Assembly: GCA_963422645.2 (NCBI GenBank)
Contig: CAXXVO010000008.1
Location: 96,001-160,000 of the forward strand
Length of the DNA: 64,000 nt
Origin: Alphaproteobacteria bacterium
GTDB taxonomy: Bacteria > Pseudomonadota > Alphaproteobacteria > UBA828
Direction: 5' to 3'
Shown: piece by piece, positions 60,330 to 64,000 of the stretch
How positions within the stretch are numbered: position 1 is the first letter of the stretch
Layout of the letters: the number at the start of each line of letters is the position of its first letter
The notes under the pieces: model-generated
The model's input: only the letters and a program-made list of their open reading frames with translations
Told to the model about the DNA's origin: nothing
The model's database searches: none
Position numbers and translations under genes: made by a program

Positions 60330-61715
60330 ATGAGCGGCCCCGGCCGGCGGCCGGCGGCGCCCATGCCGCTCTACCCCTACCAGCACCGCTGGCTCGCCGA
60401 CCGCAGCCGCTTCAAGATCGGCATGTGGTCGCGCCAGATCGGCAAGACCTTCACCGCAACCCTGGAGATCGTCGACAGCGTCATGGAGGCCCGCGCGCGC
60501 GGCCGCGCCTCGCCCTGGCTGATCCTCTCGCGCGGCGACCGCCAGGCGCGAGAGGCCATGCGCGCCGGCATCCATGCCCACGCCCGCGCCTACGGGCTCG
60601 CGCTGGAGGCCCTGGAGTACGACCTGGCGATCGGCGACCAGGTCTTCCGCGCCCACGAATGGGACGCCGGCTCGGGCAACGTCGTCACCGCGCTGCCCGC
60701 CAACCCCGACACCGCCCGCGGCTACTCCCGCAACGTCTATCTCGACGAGTTCGCCCTGCACCGCGACAGCCGCGCGATCTGGGGCGCGCTCTTCCCCTCG
60801 ATCACCCGCGGCTGGAAGATCAGGATCACCTCCACGCCCAGGGGCAAGGCGGGCAAGTTCTACGAACTCATGACAAGCGACGACGGGCGCTGGTCGCGTC
60901 ATGCCGTCGATATCCACCGCGCGGTCGCGGACGGCTACCCCGCCGATATCGACGAGCTGCGCGCGGGCCTCGCCGACGAGGACCTGTGGCGCCAGGAATA
61001 CGAGTGCCAGTGGCTCGACGAGGCCTCGGCCTGGCTCCCCTACGACCTGATCGACGGCGCCGAAGACGAGGCGGCCGGCGAGCCTGCGGGCCACGCCGGC
61101 GGCCCCGTGTTCATCGGCAACGACATCGCGCGGCGCAACGATCTCTGGGTCGCCTGGGTGATCGAGACGGTCGGCGACGTCGCCTGGACCCGCGAGATCA
61201 GAACCCTCAGGGGCAAGACCTTCAGGGAGCAGGACGATACCCTCGATGCCCTGGTGGAGCGCTACAGACCGGTGCGCATCGCCATGGACCAGACCGGCAT
61301 GGGCGAGAAGCCGGTCGAGGACGCCAAACGCCGCTACGGCGCAACCCGTGTCGAGGGGGTGCTGTTCACCGGACCCCGCAAGCTCGACCTCGCCACCGCG
61401 CTGAAGGAGCGCTTCGAAGACCGCACCATCCGCGTGCCCTCCGGCGACCCGGTGCTCCGCGCCGACCTGCACGCCGTGCGCAAGACCGTCGGACCCACCG
61501 GCAGCCCCCGCCTCGCCGCCGACGGCGAGACCGACGGCCATGCCGACCGCTTCTGGGCCGCAGCGCTGGCCTGCGCGGCTGCCGCCGAAAGCCGCCCGCC
61601 CCCGGCCGGCGCCTGGGCGCAGGGCGATCCCCGCGACGCCTTCACACCCTCCCGCCTTGCCGGGCGCCAGCCCCTCACCATGTTCGGGCGGCCCGGGGAG
61701 GGGATGTGGCGGTGA
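60330..61715 (+). CDS. Phage terminase large subunit (Mu gp28-like)
   Basis: LYPYQ.RW, SRQIGKT (Walker A), VYLDEFA, ITSTP.G, GNDIAR, DQTGMGE, HADRFWA. Confidence 0.92.
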   Translation: MSGPGRRPAAPMPLYPYQHRWLADRSRFKIGMWSRQIGKTFTATLEIVDSVMEARARGRASPWLILSRGDRQAREAMRAGIHAHARAYGLALEALEYDLAIGDQVFRAHEWDAGSGNVVTALPANPDTARGYSRNVYLDEFALHRDSRAIWGALFPSITRGWKIRITSTPRGKAGKFYELMTSDDGRWSRHAVDIHRAVADGYPADIDELRAGLADEDLWRQEYECQWLDEASAWLPYDLIDGAEDEAAGEPAGHAGGPVFIGNDIARRNDLWVAWVIETVGDVAWTREIRTLRGKTFREQDDTLDALVERYRPVRIAMDQTGMGEKPVEDAKRRYGATRVEGVLFTGPRKLDLATALKERFEDRTIRVPSGDPVLRADLHAVRKTVGPTGSPRLAADGETDGHADRFWAAALACAAAAESRPPPAGAWAQGDPRDAFTPSRLAGRQPLTMFGRPGEGMWR

Positions 61716-63136
61716 TCCGCTCGGCCCTCATCCGCATGCTCGGCGGCGCCCCGCCGCACGCTACCGCCCTCCGGGAGGCGGCGGGGAAGGGAATCGACAG
61801 GGACGAGGACCAGTGGCGCCCGCTCACCGGAGACGGACGCCGCGACCTCTCGCCGCTGACCCAGAGCAGGATGAGGAAGCTCGCGACGCACCTCTGGGAA
61901 ACCAACCTGCTCGCCCGCCAGCTCGTCGAGCTCCCCGTCGCCTTCCTCCTCGCCGACGGCGTGCGCGTGCGCGTCCCCGACCCGGACGCCCAGAAATGGC
62001 TCGACGCATGGTGGCGCGATCCCGTCACCGACATGCCGCTCCGCCTCCCCGAGCTCATGCGCGACCTCGCGCTCGCCGGCGAGACCGCATGGCCCGTCTT
62101 CGCAGACCCCGCCTCCGGCCACGTCCGCATGGCGTGGCTCGACCCCGACGCCGTCGAGACCGTGGTCATGGACCCCGACAACGCGTCCCGCCCCATCGGC
62201 ATCGTGACGAAGAAGGACCGCAGGGGCGAAGCCCGGCGCTACCGCACCGCCGTCGGCGGACCCGAAACCGTCCTCGCGCCCGCCGCCCGCGCCATCCGCG
62301 AGACCATGACCTCGGGCGACATCCTCTACTTCCGCGCCAACGCCAGGCCCGGCGCATCCCGCGGACGCTCCGACCTGCTCGCCGCCATCGACTGGCTCGA
62401 CGGATACGAGCGACACCTCTTCGGAGAGATCGACCGCGCCCACTTCCTCCGCGCCTTCGTCTGGGACGTCACCATGACCGGCGCCAGTCAGGAAGAGGTC
62501 GAGGAGCGCGCCGCAAGGGCCACGGCGCCCACGCCCGGAACCGTCCGCGTCCACAACGAGAGCGAGACATGGCAGGCGCTCGCCCCGGACCTCGGCGGCC
62601 GCGACCTCGACGCAACATCCCGCCTCTTCCGCAACCACCTGCTCGGCGGCGCCGGCATGCCCGAGCACTGGTTCGGCGGCGGCGGCGACGTCAACCGCGC
62701 AACCGCCGCAGAGATGGGCGATCCCGCCTTCAAGACCCTCAAGATGCGCCAGAGGCTGTGGACCGAGATCCTGCGCCGGGCCGCAGACTACGCCATCGCC
62801 CGCAGGCTCGACCCCTCCGGCGCATCATGGCCCGATCCCGCAGACCCCGCCCTCGCCGTCTCCGTCGAATGGCCCGAGATGGTGGTCGCCGACGCCTCCC
62901 GACACGCCGCCGCGCTCGCCCAGACCGCAGGCGCCGCGGCGCTGGCCATCGAGCGCGGCCTGCTCTCGGACGCCACCGCGCTCCGCGTCATCGCCGCCGT
63001 CGCCGGGCGCCTCGGCGTCGAGATCGACGCCGACGCCGAACTCGAGGCGGCGCGCGAAGACGCCGCCGGACGGGCCGAAGAAGACGCCTTCCGCGAGCCC
63101 CCGCAGGACGAGGACGACGACGACGGCGAGGCGTAG
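61712..63136 (+). CDS. Probable phage portal protein
   Basis: 474 aa between terminase and head morphogenesis genes; GTGA overlap and GGGGAGGGG RBS; RGRSDL, G.PEHWFG...NRATA. Confidence 0.75.
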   Translation: MIRSALIRMLGGAPPHATALREAAGKGIDRDEDQWRPLTGDGRRDLSPLTQSRMRKLATHLWETNLLARQLVELPVAFLLADGVRVRVPDPDAQKWLDAWWRDPVTDMPLRLPELMRDLALAGETAWPVFADPASGHVRMAWLDPDAVETVVMDPDNASRPIGIVTKKDRRGEARRYRTAVGGPETVLAPAARAIRETMTSGDILYFRANARPGASRGRSDLLAAIDWLDGYERHLFGEIDRAHFLRAFVWDVTMTGASQEEVEERAARATAPTPGTVRVHNESETWQALAPDLGGRDLDATSRLFRNHLLGGAGMPEHWFGGGGDVNRATAAEMGDPAFKTLKMRQRLWTEILRRAADYAIARRLDPSGASWPDPADPALAVSVEWPEMVVADASRHAAALAQTAGAAALAIERGLLSDATALRVIAAVAGRLGVEIDADAELEAAREDAAGRAEEDAFREPPQDEDDDDGEA

Positions 63137-63139
63137 CAC

Positions 63140-64000
63140 GTGGCTACCGACCGTCAGCGCGAGCGCAGGCTCAAGGGCGAGCGATCCCGCCGCGCCCGCG
63201 CCCTGCCCCGCATCCAGAAGGACACCGCCGCCGAGGTCGGCCGCATCCTCGGGCGCGCCGAGCGCGACATCCGGGCCACCCTCGCCGGCGCGCCCTCCGA
63301 TTACCAGGCATGGGCGCTGCCATCCCTCCAGGCCTCCGTCCGGGACGCCCTCGACAGCCTCGGCGCAGACGCCGGGCAGGCCATGGCCGAGGGCGCAACC
63401 CGCGCCTGGGACGCCGGCATCGATACCGTGAACGCCCCCGTCGACGCCGCCATGTGAGCGCGCGCGGTCCGCGTCGCCGCCATCCTGCCGCAGGTCGATA
63501 CCCGCCAGCTCCTCGCCATGCGATCCTTCCTCACCGCCAAAATGAAGGGCGTCTCCACCGCCCTCGCAAACCGCGTCAACACAGAACTCGGCCTGACCAT
63601 GATCGGAACCCGCAGCGTCGGCGAGACCACCGGCCGCGTCGCCGCCATCCTCAAGAGCGGCGGCAGGTCCCGCGCCCTGACAATCGTGCGGACCGAGCTC
63701 GGCCGCGCATACTCCATGGCCGGACAGCAGCGCATGGAGCAGGCCGCCGGGATCCTGCCGGGGCTGAGGAAGCAATGGCGCCGATCCGGCAAGCTCCGCG
63801 CCCGTATCAATCACGACGCCATCGACGGGCAGATCAGGGAGGTGGACAAGCCCTTCGCCGTCGGCGACGCTTCGCTCATGTATCCCCGCGATCCCGCCGG
63901 GCCGGCGAGCGAAACCATCAACTGCGGATGCCAGTCGCTGCCATGGATGGAAAGCTGGGAGGTCGGGAACCCCGGGCGAAAGCCCTTCTCCGACGAGGAG
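63140..64000 (+). pseudogene. Phage head morphogenesis protein (Mu F / SPP1 gp7-like), in-frame TGA at 63455-63457, runs off the window
   Basis: The same frame continues after TGA: RA.TIVRTE.GRA, KQW......R..H..IDGQ, LMYPRDP......INCGC. Confidence 0.82.

Larger units (their letters stand above)
58970..64000 (+). mobile_element. Degenerate integrative element / prophage remnant
   Basis: Truncated integrase plus head genes, IHF-consensus sites at both junctions, interrupted host gene on the left. Left boundary approximate. Confidence 0.7.

Noticed and set aside
60299-63136. 945-aa terminase-portal fusion
   Set aside because: The first half is an off-frame shadow of the terminase; the real gene starts at GTG 61712 with its own RBS.
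63455-63500. Selenocysteine recoding of the TGA
   Set aside because: No convincing SECIS hairpin follows and the position is not a redox Cys motif.

Overview
High-GC bacterial DNA, most consistent with an Alphaproteobacterium (inferred from sdhCDAB-mdh, the VWA/DnaJ pair and an alphaproteobacterial palindromic repeat). Core and catabolic genes are heavily invaded by insertion sequences. Mobile DNA: (i) four copies of one ~1.89-kb single-ORF IS66-family element (one partial at the window start, two carrying the same frameshift, one intact), each full copy with its own 8-bp target duplication; (ii) an IS1634-family element; (iii) a second IS66-family element (29873-32483, perfect 8-bp TSD AATATGTA) that carries inside its inverted repeats a compact DNA adenine methyltransferase gene overlapping the transposase start (GTGA); (iv) at the right end, a truncated tyrosine integrase followed by a decaying Mu-like head module (terminase, portal, head morphogenesis gene with an in-frame stop). 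Metabolic content: dgcN-dgcA, a five-gene corrinoid-dependent methyl-transfer operon, nucleotide-sugar genes, a xanthine-dehydrogenase-family molybdoenzyme, scpA-ABC transporter-meaB, mdh and sdhCDAB, a hydantoinase/D-carbamoylase/racemase cascade and a reverse-order PIN toxin-antitoxin pair. Best candidates for an undescribed system: the methyltransferase-carrying IS66 element, the corrinoid operon with its uncharacterised leader protein, and a possible structured RNA inside the right end of the multicopy IS66. No rRNA, tRNA or CRISPR array was seen. All calls come from motif recognition by eye; no database search or folding program was run.
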